A stretch of 63,130 nt of DNA, counting the filler, from Rhabdomonas costata (lineage: Eukaryota): the NCBI GenBank assembly GCA_019059605.1. It is 22 parts of 22 records of this genome, joined end to end, with 100 filler letters (N's around TTAATTAATTAA, not from the genome) between each part and the next. Parts side by side here need not be neighbours in the genome. Positions count along the whole stretch, not along the records: positions 1 to 2,775 come from JAHMHO010002081.1; positions 2,876 to 5,658 come from JAHMHO010002082.1; positions 5,759 to 8,536 come from JAHMHO010002083.1; positions 8,637 to 11,418 come from JAHMHO010002084.1; positions 11,519 to 14,297 come from JAHMHO010002085.1; 17 more parts are not named here. One strand, 5' to 3'. The translations under genes were made by a program, and so were the position numbers. Below, piece after piece: positions 1 to 14,012 of the stretch (position 1 is its first letter; each line of letters starts with the position of its first letter). A model generated the notes under the pieces. The model did not search any database. It was not told where the DNA came from and was given only the letters and a program-made list of their open reading frames with translations.

Positions 1-824
1 TTGTGGTGCTAAAGGTGAAAGAAGCAGTTGTCCCCCAGGTACAATTGTTAGCTGTTGCCAACCAACACATTCGCTGTTCCCTTGCAAACTCTTTGCCAAC
101 ACAGGCTGTAAGTGAATGTTCTCCGCATCAGGAGTCATGGTACCAAGTCGAATAGAAACACAAGCAAAGCATGATGTAGTGCGCACAACGGTGCAAATGT
201 CCCGGCAGAATGCCCAGCAGTCGTTAGCAGCTCGCTGCTTCGCAAAGTCGACTTCGTAACAAAGCTGGCAGGGAGCCCGTCGCAGTTTCGAACAACACTG
301 AGAAGGACAAGGGGTGGAGCGATGAATACAAACGATCAAACACTCGGATAGTAACACAAATTCAGCCATCTGCTGTTTTTGTAATGAACACGAGAAAAAA
401 GCAAGTAGTACCGGAGGAAGATGCTCCAACAGTGCGGCCCAAACAGTAGTCAGCAGGGTGTTCAATCATGTGTGAGACAACAGCTCAACCACCAAGAACG
501 ATAGCACCCAGTTGGAATGAACATTTCTTTGTGTCCAATGAACACTGTGTAAAACCGGAAGGCACATCCAATACCTTTCCTCCGATTACGCTTTCGGTTT
601 TCGGGCCTCCGAAGCCAAGGATCTCGCAGCAGGCTTGGCACTGAAACCTGGCGAGAAAGAACATGCAATGGCAAGGTGGCGCTCAAAATAAGGATCATCA
701 CGTGAGGGGGACGTTTACAGTCACACCGTCGACTGATCCCGGACACCTGGAAACCCGGACAACGGTCTCCGGTTTGTTTTTAAAAAATAACTGGACCATT
801 TTGGTGAGAAAACGCATGCCAATT

Positions 825-2720
825 TCAGGTGCAGTATCGCGGGCGAGTTACGAAAAATGCGAAGATCAGGGTAAGTGAAGCGGATGAGCAATTCAGTGCA
901 CAAGTTGATAAGAATAATGGCCATAGGAATAATGGATCCACAACGGAACTCATCTCAAAACTTCTCAGTCGAAATAAAGCCTGAGGCGGAGTGAAAGGAG
1001 GCTTCAAACGTAGTGTCCAATTCAAGGGTGCTGCCTTCATGGAGTATGTGCCCAATGAGATTATTACCCTGGTGGACTGCGAGAGGTAGCACTCACTGGA
1101 CAGCACACCTGCGCCGCCAGCCGAGGCTGCGGCAGGAGTGGTCGGGGTGGCGGCGGTCTCAGGGTAAGCCATGAGCTGATACAACCGGGCCAGCTTGTGA
1201 GGGGCCACTTGGGTCTTTGTGCGCTGCTGAATCAGCCACCAAAGGTGTTGTACCAGCACCTCCCTGCGAAAAAAAGTGCACGTCGATAGGAGGGCAGAAA
1301 GTGCCCCCCCCTTCCTTCCTTCCGCGCTCAACAGTTCACAAGCATACAACAACCGCCCAGAAATTCTCCTGAAAGTACCCCATTCTTTGGATTGTGAAAG
1401 GAGCAAGTGGAAGGAGTCGCGAAGCTCATCTGTGCACACCATTGCTCAACGGTAGCGGCAGCGTTTTGGGCAACCTTGGGGCAACAGTCGCGTGCAAGAG
1501 CTGTTACGGCTTTTTTACCGCAGTGCTGTGAACCATATTGTGAAGAGGCATACTCCGTGCACTGAGTAGACCAGTCGTCGCGCTGGTCTTCAATGATGCA
1601 CTCCACGGCGCGGCCCACTGGAGGAAGGAGCTGTGCGAAAGACGGGCGCGTTTTGCAGGCAGGAGGGAAGGAAACAAAGGATGCCGCGGGATGGCCTAAA
1701 TATTGCAGAACAACTGCAGAATAACTTGAGGCTTCCGTCGCCTTTGGTCCGCAGAGAAGCGCATACTTCCTTTACGCGCGCGGCCTTCTCCGCTCTCTCC
1801 CCTTGGAAGGCGGCCAGGGCGGTAAAATCCTCCAATTCCTGCGTGTAGGCCTCCAGGTATTCCAAGCACTACAAAACAAGACCCACACATATGCCCACAC
1901 TCCACTGCGTTGACTTTTGCTTTCGTTTCGGCTCAGCAACCAATAGCAAAAGAAAAACGAAAACAGCGGGAATGCAATTCCAAGCTGCTCAGGTGTGACG
2001 GCGAAGTGTTACTTGAGGACAGCCAATGGACCAAACAAAGAGAGGTGGTTTATTCATTCCAAAGAATTAATCTTTGCATGTATGTGTCGAACGGTATGTC
2101 CGGCAGTTGCCTGAAAAGATCGATCCAAAGGTACAGGGAGAGAAGGCTATCATTAATATGTCCAGCAAAAAAAGTGCAAGGAAAGACAAGAGGGTGAGAC
2201 CAGCTCTTGCACTTCTGGAATGGGGACGAAGCGAGCGGGAAGCTCTTCGGGTACAATCTTCGCAACTCCTGCGGAGCAAGAATACGCGCCTGTTCACCCA
2301 CTCCTCCACACCCTCCGACAGCTATTTGGCAGGTTCAAAAAAGAGGTGACATCATCATCATTGTTCAAAAGCTCAACAGCAGTCAGGCTCACTTCCGAAA
2401 AGGGCAACCAAAAGGGGGGCCATGAGCCGCAAATCGCTGATCGCACGTCATTCGCCTCGATGTAAAAACAGAGGCGAATTGATAAGTATGGCATTAAAAT
2501 TAGAATTTGGCGCTCCAACAAGAAGCATCGGAAAAAACTGAGACATTACATTTCGGTTAATCCTTCCTTTTATATGAAGCGAACAATTTTTTTTTGAACC
2601 ATGAGGGCAGACCTCGTCCTGTGAGCTGCACAGGCTGGTGCGCGCTATCCGTGCGGCCATGAATTCGAGAGAGCCGCGCCACAGCCGCGGATTGCTTCGC
2701 CACCTTTGGAACCTTCCGCT
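825..2720 (-). CDS. Hypothetical multi-exon gene fragment; exon structure unresolved
   Basis: Several GC-rich coding-like blocks with acceptor/donor-like flanks (e.g. TTTGCAG|CGGAAG near 2720, GACGAG|GTCTGC near 2612) and a 205-aa ORF at 825-1442. No family recognised. Confidence 0.3.
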
Positions 2721-2775
2721 GCAAACGACGACAAAGCAAGGAGAAACAAACAATAAGGAGAAATAAACAACAACA

Positions 2776-2875
2776 NNNNNNNNNNNNNNNNNNNNNNNNN
2801 NNNNNNNNNNNNNNNNNNNTTAATTAATTAANNNNNNNNNNNNNNNNNNNNNNNNNNNNNNNNNNNNNNNNNNNN
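2776..2875. other. Artificial contig spacer (first of 21; the rest recur about every 2.87 kb, e.g. 5659-5758, 8537-8636 ... 60263-60362)
   Basis: 44 N + TTAATTAATTAA (stops in all six frames) + 44 N, repeated identically. The flanking contigs are unrelated and of near-equal length. Confidence 0.99.
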
Positions 2876-5153
2876 GTATGCAAGAGAGCAACTGAGTATG
2901 GGTGACAATGGGATAATGGGTGCACCTCATTTTAGTCACATGAAGGCAACTATGGCACGCCACGGACTCGTCCATCTAGATGGTTGAGTGTAGGGGGCAT
3001 AGGCGGTGGTAGCGCTAGTTGTGGTGGAGACCACATGGAATGGGTCCAAGTTCAGCAATAATGAATACACCAGCGCACTCGAAGTGGAAGCGCAGTGGTC
3101 GCGGAGATGTTCCACTCAAAGTATATTTTCACTTTTCAGGTTTGGAAGAAGCATACCTGGTGAATGTTTAAAGCTTTATTTATTATTTTTATTTCGGTGT
3201 AGTAAGCGTACGAGCTATTGTTAAATAGTTCTGCTATGAAATGCTGGAACTGGGTAAAATCAAAGAGCTGAAGTGGAAGAAGGCGGAAAGACCGTAAATT
3301 CCGTCAGCGTTTTGACCAAAATTGAGCCGACGTTACAGACGCAACTACGCTTAAACGGCCTTTTCTTCGTCTCCTAGAACGTTCTGCATCAAGATCCATT
3401 CTACGCCACCAGAAAAACGAACGTTTCTGTAAGAGTTTTGGCCATTCCAGCGGACCGCTATGGAAGCCAAAACGCCAACTTTTGTTTGTGGTTTGTTTAG
3501 GTTAAGGGCGATTTTAAAAACGATGAGCAATTGTTTTTTGCAAAGGATTGTATACGCATCCTTACATGCGCACAGGGTATGACTTTTTGGAAGCGCTTCA
3601 TCATAATTGTATCTTCTAACGCAGGTTTTTTCTTCCAAAAACAAGCGGTGTGGAATGGACCTGCGGTATGGTGTTGTGGACGCTCAGAACAGAGAACTCA
3701 GTCCAAGCTCTGTTAAGTCTGTATCTCATATCCCAATGATATCCCAGTCATTTGTGCATTCCCACGAAGCATCCTTCTTGCGCATTGGCTTCTGCCCACA
3801 CAAAAACATCCCTTTTGTATCAGATCAGTGCCTTCCATAAGTTCCTCCCAAAATTCTATCGATTTCGCTTATATCTTTTCCATTCACCCCATTTCCCCAC
3901 GAAATTTTTCCTGCTGTGCCTTACATGTGCTTGACAAGTCCCATTCTCCTCCACTGCCGTCGAATTTTATGTCTGATTCTCTTGCCCATTCTTCCATCAT
4001 ACATCTTGTGGGCCAAATCATGTCAGGACAACCCAATACCTTTTACACAACACAGTTCTTTTACAGGCCGTTTTTTTTTCTCACACTCGTGCTGCGCAGT
4101 GACCTCAAACCGCACCTTGGTTTAAGTCACCTTGCGTTACATTGCGCTTTTTCATCCCCTCATACCATTGTTGCCACTGTTTTGTACAGTATTGCGTGTT
4201 TTCCCTGACTGGATTTTGTTTTATTAAAAATGCAAGTCCACTGCTGAAAAGTTTTCGGAAATTTACTACCTTGTTATCCAAATTAATCATCAGGATTTAG
4301 AATCAATCTCCATCAAAGCTTTTACTTTTTGAGAGTTTATCAATGCTTTACTTGAAAATTCCCGCTTGGCTTTATTTTACCGTTTGCTGAGCTTCCAAAA
4401 AATCCCAACCGCCAACCGACGTCTAGGAATCAGCCGGCGTGCATTTCTTTTCCTGTTGGCCCCTTCTCCTTCTTTCGGTCTTCCTGTGTTGAAATTACCG
4501 TGTGAATTGTGATTCCCTACCGGTGAAAGTTTCCACCGATAATTCTTCACTTCAGTAGATGAGAAAGAAAACTGGGATTACATCCAGAAGAAGATCTTGA
4601 GGTGGAGGTTTTTTAACTGAAATTAGAGAGGTAAAAACCCAGAGTAGATCTGGGAGACCGGGCTTTGACAGTGGGCGGCTGGAAAAGAAAAGGGCGTCGA
4701 AGCGGAGGGGCTCAATATTCGAAATGAAAGGCGTAAGGAACAGAAAGGTTCTTCTGGAGAGAGAGGCTGTTGTCAAAGCAAACTCTAGGAGAGGGGCTTC
4801 CAGAAAATGCGTTGCGCGCGGATAAACGATGGAAAGGATGCATTGGAAGAAGTTGGGGAAACAAATCGGGGGGCACATGGTCCGAAGGAAGCGCGCAGAT
4901 GATTTGGGAGACCTGATTATGACACCTGGCAGCAGATGAGTTTGTTTCGACCTTTGCGCAACATCCCCCCAAAGAACACCATTGAATGAATTGTTCGCAG
5001 GAAACACAGTTCAATACATCCATATTGTTTTGCACTATTCGTTCCACGACCATGAGAGAATATGGTTGGTACATTTGAAAACGTCGGGAAATGTACAGCT
5101 AAATCCAAAAAACCACACAGTACACCTATTTGTCGGAGTAGAAATAAACAACA

Positions 5154-5658
5154 ATGAGCGGTAACCAACCTGAAGGAGCAACACCAAACCAGGATTACCC
5201 TAAACCTCGTATGCCGCAGAAATTCACACCAGCCCTACTGGGCCATGCCATCACCATAATGGTACAAAACCAAACAGCCATAATGAACGTGGTGCAAACT
5301 TTTGTGCAAGTTACTGGGCAATCACTCCATGCTGTCACCTGCTTTCACAAGCCTAAAACCGCAGAAGCATGAAGACTACTGAAACCCAGAATTCTAAATG
5401 TTTGACTGGAAACTTGAGCACTTTCTTGAATTGCTCGTCCGAGTGGAGCAACCAAAGAAACATCGACTAGTCCCGGACCAGGTCGCAATTAGATACGCAA
5501 AGATAGCATTTGGTGACTCATTACAAAGCATTTTTCATAACAAGACACATTCGCCTCGTGGAACAGTTTCCCCGACGTGAGTAAAGCCAAATTAATCTAC
5601 AAGTACTACCACTACCAAATCATGAAGGAATTGCAAACAAATGTGCGCACACAAAACC
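5154..5658 (+). pseudogene. Possible decayed LTR-retrotransposon gag-like fragment
   Basis: Broken reading frame (MSGNQPEG...; LKP..., MFDWKLEHFLELLVRVEQ...VPDQVAIRYA) loosely resembling the KP-x-F-D-G start of Ty3/gypsy Gag. Contains a stop and a frameshift. Confidence 0.25.
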
Positions 5659-5758
5659 NNNNNNNNNNNNNNNNNNNNNNNNNNNNNNNNNNNNNNNNNN
5701 NNTTAATTAATTAANNNNNNNNNNNNNNNNNNNNNNNNNNNNNNNNNNNNNNNNNNNN

Positions 5759-6580
5759 TTTTTGTGGTGAAGTTTGGTGACGTTCGCGCTGAGAGGCACC
5801 CAAAGTTGCGTTAACATGAGAGTGTAAGCTCCTTGGCCTTTTCCCCGAAGCCCGAAATTCATCAGTGAGTACGTCGGAAGCAACTTTCCCCGTCCCCACT
5901 CGTCCCCGAGAGCGCCGAACCTCTCGCTCACGACTGGGCTCCCGTGATTTCTGAGGCGGGGATATGGACACAAGACCGCTTGGTTTTGAAGAATGGGGGC
6001 GCCTGTAATCCGAGAAACCGGCACTCCGGTGGTCCCTGTGATCCGGACTCTTTGTTTTCCGAATTTTGGAATGGGGAGCAGAGGATGCTTCAGCGGAGTG
6101 GTGACTCAGAAGGGGTCGAGAGGAGAGATGCCGTCTTTCTTTTATCCGCTGTGGGGACTGCAACCGGGAATGAATTTTGGAATCGGGAGAGGCGGGTAGC
6201 TCTCGCCGGTTGGGCCGTCGTTGGGGTTCCAAGTCACCGCCATCCCGATCAATCTCGACATCCTTGACGGAGTCAGGGGAGTGGTGCTTCCTTCGGGATT
6301 CAGAGGAGCGGGTAAGCTGTGGCTGCGCCTCCGCTCTTCCAAAGTCTCGGAGGCATGAAGAGGTGGCCAGCTCAGCGGATCTTCTGCCGCGGTGATCCCC
6401 CGACAGAGAGGCTCCAGGAGGAAACGCTTCGATTTCTGCACCAGACATAGGCGTCTTCATGGTGGACAGGCTCGGCGGGCTCGGGGGTGGAGTAACTTTC
6501 TTTTTCTTCGAGGAAGAGGGAACAGCGACCGAGGGCGTCAGCGAGTTTGCATCCAAATATCCACCGATGGGATAGTCCTT
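5759..6580 (-). CDS. Arg/Ser/Pro-rich low-complexity protein, long exon running off the contig end
   Basis: Over 270 codons open, preceded by a pyrimidine tract and AG (TTCTTCTTCAAG|GAC). Basic disordered composition with a KKKK patch. Confidence 0.4.
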
Positions 6581-9500
6581 GAAGAAGAACAGTATGAAAA
6601 TGACAGTACGATGGAATGGAGATGAGATGCCACTGCAAACCGATGCATCTGAATCACAAGCACAATGGATTAAACGCAAATGTAACTGTTAGCCTTCCGT
6701 TACTATTCAATTCCGTATTAGTACAACTGGAATATCTAAACAAAAACCGCTGTTAGGATAAGGTTCTGCAGTGGCAGCGGTTGAAAGAAGAAGATTCCCC
6801 CCACAGTGCCCACAGCTCCCCAGCTGCTATCCTCAAAACGCTCAATGACGCCAATACCGACAAAAGATCCTCCAGGACGGAACGCTCCTCAAGAGGTGGG
6901 GGAGGAGTCGCGTCAATGACGGCAACCGGCTGGCCCTCGTCACACAATCCCGCCGCCTGAATCCAGAGGAACACGCTCTTCGATCGCCTGTCACCGATAT
7001 CTCACCCATATGCCCACACACTAGGGGTCCAACGTGGTCTTGAACTCTGGCACCCAGCTTTGCAAACAAATTCGTCCAGCCGTGGAACAGAAGTGGCGAC
7101 TTAAGAGCAAGCAAAAAAAAACAGCGACATGTTAACGGTTTTTCTTCTCATACCGCAGGCTGTATGATGCGGGGGGGTGCGGAGGTGGCAGGGGCAGTGC
7201 TGGCCCCTGACAGCTCAGTTTCAGGCATCGAGGCCCGCACCAGCTGCCGCACCTGCTGCCGCAGAAGGGCGTTCTCCGTCTGAAGCTGCACAAGCTCCTT
7301 TTAGAAAGTGCAGACACAACCGTACGTCTCTTGTCTCTTGAGTAACTGTTCATCGGATGAGTCGCTGGATGACACCAAAATTCTGTCTCGGCCCCATGAA
7401 AGCCCTTTGCTTCCAATGCTTTGCGAGCGTGTTTGACAAATGTGGCACGTACCACACCTACAGTCCTACGGAAGTCACAGATCACTCGCTTGCAAAAGAA
7501 GCAGCGGGAGATGGATTGTGCGTACGTGTGTCCGGTTGTCACCGAATGTCTCCTCGCGCTTTCCGTATTCTGCAACAAACATATTCCAAATTTTCCACAA
7601 CGACCCTATTTTCACCGAAGGCCATCCCACACATCCAACATAGCTCCCGCATTGGCGAAGATCGAAGATGCAAAATCAAAGACAGCAAGCGATTTCTCTC
7701 TGCACTGCCATCCTTCTCAGAAGAGCTCGCAGATAATCATGAATTGAATAACCCTACGGACGAATGAGTGTGCACGAGGTGCCACCCAAATACCTCGGAA
7801 GTGCTTTCGGGAAGTGTGCCAGCAGTGGCTGCTTTCGCAGGGCATGTCGCGTCCACGTCGATGGCGGCGACAACTGAGCGGGGCTGCAAAAACCGAAGAC
7901 AACAACGCCAAACAACTTGCAATGCCATTCACATCGAAGTTATACATGACTGCAAGGACACTGCTGAGGAAGTATAAGAGGGTGGAGGAGAGTTGGAGTT
8001 GTCGCGCAACCCATACAAACCATTAATCCAAGAACTGCCCAAAACTGAACCCGTGTCAAAACGTCCTCCCTTAATGGCGCATCACCTTGCTGGTGCACAG
8101 AACCCATTCCGTCCGGGCGGCTTTCCTTGAAGGTGTATCAAGTGCAATCACAGAAAAACCAGAAAGGAGGAATGAATCATCAGTTTCGGCTCATTGCAAT
8201 ATACTCGGAAGTTCCTCCTGCATCCCACCCGTCCCCCGCAAACCACAGACTCGTTGGGCACGGAGACAGTGTCGGCGGAGGCAGGCCTCGACGCCGCAGC
8301 AGCGCAGACAAAGTTGAATGGGATCTCTCCAGTCGGCGCCCCCGAGCCGGGTAGCGGGAAAAGCCCAATCCGCTTCCGGAAGGCCACCACGCTGGGACAC
8401 TCCTGTCCCGAACGGAAAGGGGGGAGCGGGCAGCGGTGGGATGGAAAGCGCTGCTTGGGAGTAGTGCCACCAAAGTTCCCCAAGGCCAATCCCTCCCCGC
8501 AGCAACACAATGCAGATGATGTTGACACCCAACACANNNNNNNNNNNNNNNNNNNNNNNNNNNNNNNNNNNNNNNNNNNNTTAATTAATTAANNNNNNNN
8601 NNNNNNNNNNNNNNNNNNNNNNNNNNNNNNNNNNNNGTGGTGGGTGTGTTTGGTTGTGGGTGTTAAACGTTTAACATAGCTGAACGTTAAGCATTGTAAA
8701 ACGTCATGCAGTGTAAAACGTTTAGCGCTGCTACCGTATGGCACTAGGAGGTGAGAGTGCAACCATTGAACATTTATTCCCGCAACCGCGGACCTCGCAC
8801 CACGATTGCTGAGATCAAATTGACACCACGAGTAACCGGCACGGCTGGGTTTCAAAGGACGGAGGGGATATTTTCATGTGTTTGGGTGGATGGGTAGGGT
8901 CACGAAATAGCAGGAGGTTACGGTACGCCCTCCATCTTTTTCCTTCCCAAGAAACAAATTCTCAAAGTTCAAGTACTGTTTTCATCACTTAAAACATCGT
9001 ATGAGGCACGAGTGGCGTGCCCGCGCTTGCATTGACTCCAGCATAGGGTCCCACGCTCAATTTGTGTGTGCGCCAGGAACAGCGAACCCGCGTCCTTGGA
9101 TTGCTGTATCTCTCTTTCGCTCGGCATAGGTGGGGCTGCCGCTGCCTCGAACAAGGCCTGTGATGCCGAATCAGTTGGTCCTTGCACCTCCGACGTACCA
9201 CCGCGTCATGGTCAATGCACCCTTTTCTTCCCCCTCGCCTCGTGTTCGTGAACGTTTTGACCCCAGCATTGAGCTGATGCCTTTCCGCCGTGTTCCATAA
9301 TTGCATGTCCTGGGATCTTAATTCACTTGGGTTGCGTATTTTGAAAAATACACTTGGGTTGCGTATTTTGAAATCTGCTTTCCCCCTCGTGTGAATATGG
9401 TCTGTGTGACTACAAGCTTAAAAAAATGAGATTTTTAGAAATCCAAGAATAAACGCAGGGGAAACGTCAATGCAACGAAGCGGACGGGGTAAAAAAGGGT

Positions 9501-9581
9501 CAACTCAATTTTTGATTTTTCAATCCTTATTTCGCTATTAAGTCTCGTGCTCTCATTTAATGGACAGTTCAGAGTTTTAAG

Positions 9582-11189
9582 GTGAGGTGGAAAATGTCAT
9601 GGAGACAACCCGTCTTCCATGTCCGTCTCAGTCTCTCTTCGTCACGAACACCCTGTTTGACCTGCAACTGGTGCTTCGGCTGGAGGAGTACCTCCAGGCC
9701 GTTGCCCCGCTCCCCTTTGAGGATGCCCTGGCTAAGATGCTGGGCATGTCCAGGGTCACCTACCTGATGCTTCCCTGTGGAAACTCCAGTGGCAGCCCTG
9801 GTCAGCGTGCCCCTTCGTTTTTCGCGTTCTTTTTTGTTTTGGGATTTTCAAGCCCTAATTCACGCTTGTGCAAGGCCAGCACATAGATATTCCCAGTGCT
9901 CCAGCGTATGTCCCATGCATTGCGTTGCGTCTTGTTGTGTTGTATATCCAAGTGTGTAATGTTGCTTTTATTATGGCTTGGTGTGTTTGACCGCGCGCCA
10001 CGTCGGCACGTTGGCAGCGTCTTTTTGTATTTCTTGCCTGTCTTTTTCCCTTTGATCGCATCCCTCTCTTCGGCCTTGTTGGGAGGACGCCACTTTTTTC
10101 TCGACTTACAGGAAAGTCCGAGGGCGAGCGTATCAAGGAGGCGGTACGGGCGGTACTGCGAACTCCACGTGATATGGGTCTGCATCAGCTGGATGTTCAG
10201 GTTTGCACCCTGCATGCTCGCACCCCAGGCGCCCTTATTGCTGACAACGAGATCTGAACAACATCGCCGATTCGCTGTACTGATCATTCTTTCCTTGAAT
10301 TTGGTGAGAGATGAGACCGAGAAGTGGAAAGGCTCGGGAGGGAGCATCCACCTCCGAATAAAGCGAACCTGAGTATATTTGAATTGGGACTTTCTTCTTT
10401 ATCTTTTTGCTTCTGATTTGCCGATAGGTGGAATCCGTGGCCGCTTTTCAGTACGAGGGCTGCGTGCGGGAATTGTTAAAAGTGGTCGCCATCAAAATTC
10501 ACCGCGGTGTCAGGCTGAAATGGTGCCCCTACGCCTCCCCTTCCCTCCATGTGTCCTCTGCCGTTCCGTTGCGATTGAATCGGGATTTCCAGTTCACTGA
10601 ACTGTCAGGGGATTTCGAAGGGTATTGTCCGTGACCGCTGCTTCACTTGTAATTCAGCTCAGCAACATAGGGTGGGGCCCTTCCTGTCACATTGTCTAGT
10701 GCAATGCAATAGCCACCACCACCCTCATCATCCACCATTCATCTCCTCACCTCACCTCTGGTCTCCTCCTCGTGCCACGCGTTGCTTTTGTTGTGTTCTC
10801 GGGACATGGGAAGCTTACAAAGGGAGTTTACGTAGTTTGGCAGCACAAGAGATGACGTGGCTTTCTGCTTACTCTCATGCAATGAATTTTCCTAATGCAA
10901 ATTGATTCCAGTCCGAATGCAAGTAAACGACCCAACGTCTTTTTGGAGTGACAGGGTTCAGTAGGTGTCTGAATTCTGCCAGCGTTAAGGTTGCCTAAAA
11001 TTCCCGGTTGGGTTGCCAGGCTGCTTTGCGGCGGTCCACAGGTGCTACTATCCGCTGGGCACAAAGTACGACCTGATCTACCGCAAGGATGACATGGTGC
11101 AGCTCGTGCATCGTTACGTCATGCAGTGGACGCGATTCGGCGGGGACAAGGTGAAGACAATCCGCAAGTGGTACCCCAGTATCAACATG
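9582..11189 (+). CDS. Hypothetical multi-exon gene fragment (exons ~9582-9800, ~10112-10143, 11019-11189)
   Basis: High-GC3 blocks bounded by AG/GT join in frame: GEVENVMETTRLPC...SSGSP / GKSEGERIKEA / GCFAAVHRCYYPLGTKYDLIY...WYPSINM. No family recognised. Confidence 0.5.
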
Positions 11190-11986
11190 GTCTGCATGCT
11201 TGTGCTTTGCCTCTCAGGCGTCGTCTTCTGTCTTATCGTGTCTGTGTTTCTTTTTCGTGGAGGTGATGGGTCACTGACAACATCTATTCCTATCTATACC
11301 TGTGATGGTTTGTGAAAAGGTTTGTGTCAAGTGGGCTCGACCCACAACAGTTGAAAGAAGAAGAAACACAGACACGATAAGACAGAAGACGACGCCTGAG
11401 AGGCAAAGCACAACCACANNNNNNNNNNNNNNNNNNNNNNNNNNNNNNNNNNNNNNNNNNNNTTAATTAATTAANNNNNNNNNNNNNNNNNNNNNNNNNN
11501 NNNNNNNNNNNNNNNNNNGTGTTGGTGTGTTTGGGGGGTGGTTTAATGAATGCTTATAGTCTCCAGTGTGCCGGAGAGGTCGGGGACGAACTCCTTGGTT
11601 GGCGTTAATACTGAAGTTTTCGCAAGAAGAAACCGAGATCAGTGGAACTCGTCAGAACCACTACTCTACTATAGATTGGGAGGCAATGTGCGTTCCCCTT
11701 GAATTCGTAATATTTCCGGCAGGCAGGTAACCTTAGCGCCTCCGCGATAACATAACCCAGCATGACCCGGACCAAAGACACAGCCTCAACGTGGGACAGG
11801 GTGTCCACAGACAGTGTGCGACTTGACACATGACATGAAACCAATGGAAACGTGGAAAAAGTGGAAATGGACTTGTCGTACAAAAATCGCGAATATGTGG
11901 AACAAAAATTCGTAAAGTCAAGCAAACAAAAAATAGGAAACTCCTCAACCAGAAGTGGGACAGAGTGGTGCACGGTGGGGGCAAAC

Positions 11987-14012
11987 CATTCCCCCAAAGA
12001 GGTAGATCGCGTCCTCGTGGAGCACCGCGGCAGGGCAGAACCGGTGCATTTCTCCCTGCAGGTCCATAGACAGCAGCCGGCTCCATCGGTGGGCGGTTAG
12101 GCAATAGGACAGCACGTGGGTGTTGAAGGTCGACGGACTGAAGTGCTGCGGCGAAGAAAAGCTTTTCAAGAAAAACTTCAAAGGAAACGTTGATGGTTTT
12201 TTTGAAATGCAAACACGCATGACTCTTGCTTTGAATCACACTCTCTCACAGGGTGCACTTGGCCAGGGTGAAGTTTTTCTGGGGAGGATTCGAGGTCCAC
12301 TTCCCCCCTGGGCTCTAAACTTTCGATGGGGCATGGCCTTATTGGGCCTCACAACGTTGGCGGTCCACGGTGTCCTGGTCCTCTCTCTTGTCACGTAGGT
12401 TGGCACACCCCAAGTGAACCCCCATCCACAGTGTTCGCGGTTGGCACGATTGGAGCGTTAAGAGATCTCTTTGTGAGTACCCAACCTTCCGCGCTCGTAC
12501 ACTGCCCTTGGGCAATACTGCCCTTGTGGGTTTGGGTCCTCAATCTCACCCCGGACCTGGACCCGCTTTGCTTGTGGACGGGCTTTGATGCCTTACTCTG
12601 TCCATGATGCCATCAGGACCTCTCTCACATACACCAGGAAAAGTGTGCATCGACCTTTGTGGCATCCCTAAACGTGGCAGGATCAAGGCAAGAAAATCGC
12701 ACATCAACAGTCCGAACGGCTGGCTCCTCACTTTCTCTTTTGCATTTTGCTGCTGTGCTCTTGGCCGCACACTGAAAACTGCTGCTGTGCTCTGGGACGC
12801 ACACTGAAAACTGGAAACACTGGACCGTTGCCCGTTGCTGTACAGAAGATGCTTGTGGAAGCAGATCGGGGAAGCAGGGAGGGGGGGGGTGTACACCAGC
12901 CGGCGGCACATGCCCCCAACCACGACCAACGTGGAGCCCCACTGCAGCATCACATGTCCTGCAGAGAAAAGGCATCAGGGATGACCATCCACACGATATT
13001 GAGGTATTCTTATCCTTTTTCACCGGCAAGAGCGACAGAAGAGCCGAGATGTGCGAAAAAGGAAAGAGAAAAGAGAAAAAAGAAACTAAGGACATGTACA
13101 GAGGCAGAGGCACAAAATGACAGGGGGGGGAGACGTTTCTGAAAAGGGAAAAAGAAGTCGAAGGATATAAAGGATAGAAAAGGAAGGGAGCAGAGGGGTA
13201 ACAGGAAATCTAATGTAAGACGCATCTGAAAGTACGCTAGCCTCCCTTCCCTCTTCTCCCCCGGAAAAAGGCACCTTCCATTCCCTGCGGAGGGGACTCC
13301 GCAGGAAGCACCTCCCACTTCCCCGTTTCAAAGTCGAACAAGTGTAGGTCAGAGGAGAGCTTTTCGTCCTCGTTGCGGCCCCCGAAGACCACCATGGCAT
13401 TCCCGCCATTCAAAAGGAGCGCCTGTCAAGAGGGATGAACGTGGACAGAAGATGGCAGCTTCACCAGCACCGGGTGTCCTTTTTTCAAACCATCTCATTG
13501 AGGATCTCACTTTTGGGGTTTAAACTGAAAGAAATGGTGAGGAAATATCTCCCATTTTGCGGTCCTTGGCATTTTGTTATTTTTCGATGCTTTTTGGGAC
13601 ATTTTAAAGAAGAACACGGAGCCCTCATTTCTAGTCAATTAGAGCTTCGATTTGTGATCAATAGGGCGAGAGCTCATCACAAGCTCAGCAGGTCAGACGC
13701 TCTAGCCGCGGGTCCAGAAATAAACCTTCCTTTAATTACGCCAAACCCCCATAAGCACTCCACACCATGCCAAACCTCTGCCGTAACTTCTGCCCTGATA
13801 AACACTAGCTGATAAATGGCCGCCATCCGGCACGCAGCAACAGTCCGATACCTGTTAAACCCAAGCCGTTGTCGCGCTCATATTATGGTAGTTCAACCTT
13901 CCGTTATGCCTTTCATCCCCTCCAGAGATCACACCTGGTGCCCAGAACGATGCGGATGGGGACCAGGGATCTCCTCCCAGCCACTTAGCGCTGCACCCCC
14001 GGCGTCCGGTGC
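11987..14012 (-). CDS. Kelch-repeat protein, partial (exons 14012-13935, 13422-13275, 12958-12897, 12145-11987)
   Basis: GT-AG spliced product ...HRSGHQ|ALLLNGGNAMVVFGGRNEDEKLSSDLHLFDFETGKWEVL...MEG|HVMLQWGSTLVVVGG...|...VLSYCLTAHRWSRL...AIYLFGG shows three kelch blades (hydrophobic-GG...Y/F...W). Confidence 0.85.

Noticed and set aside
2820-2831. Regularly spaced TTAATTAATTAA as a biological repeat or CRISPR-like array
   Set aside because: It is an all-frame stop linker embedded in N runs, added during concatenation.
7357-8026. HSSRIG as a tyrosine-recombinase (DIRS/Crypton) motif
   Set aside because: It is a single short match with no supporting Arg/Tyr motifs at the right spacing.
9324-9373. 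23-bp direct repeat pair (similar small duplications at ~12748-12813 and ~32976-33001)
   Set aside because: Only two units with a 4-nt gap; an ordinary local duplication, not a CRISPR or iteron array.
11201-11412. 52-bp inverted repeat (11201-11252 / 11361-11412) as a structured intron or MITE
   Set aside because: The second arm terminates at the contig end, so a template-switch artefact is most likely.
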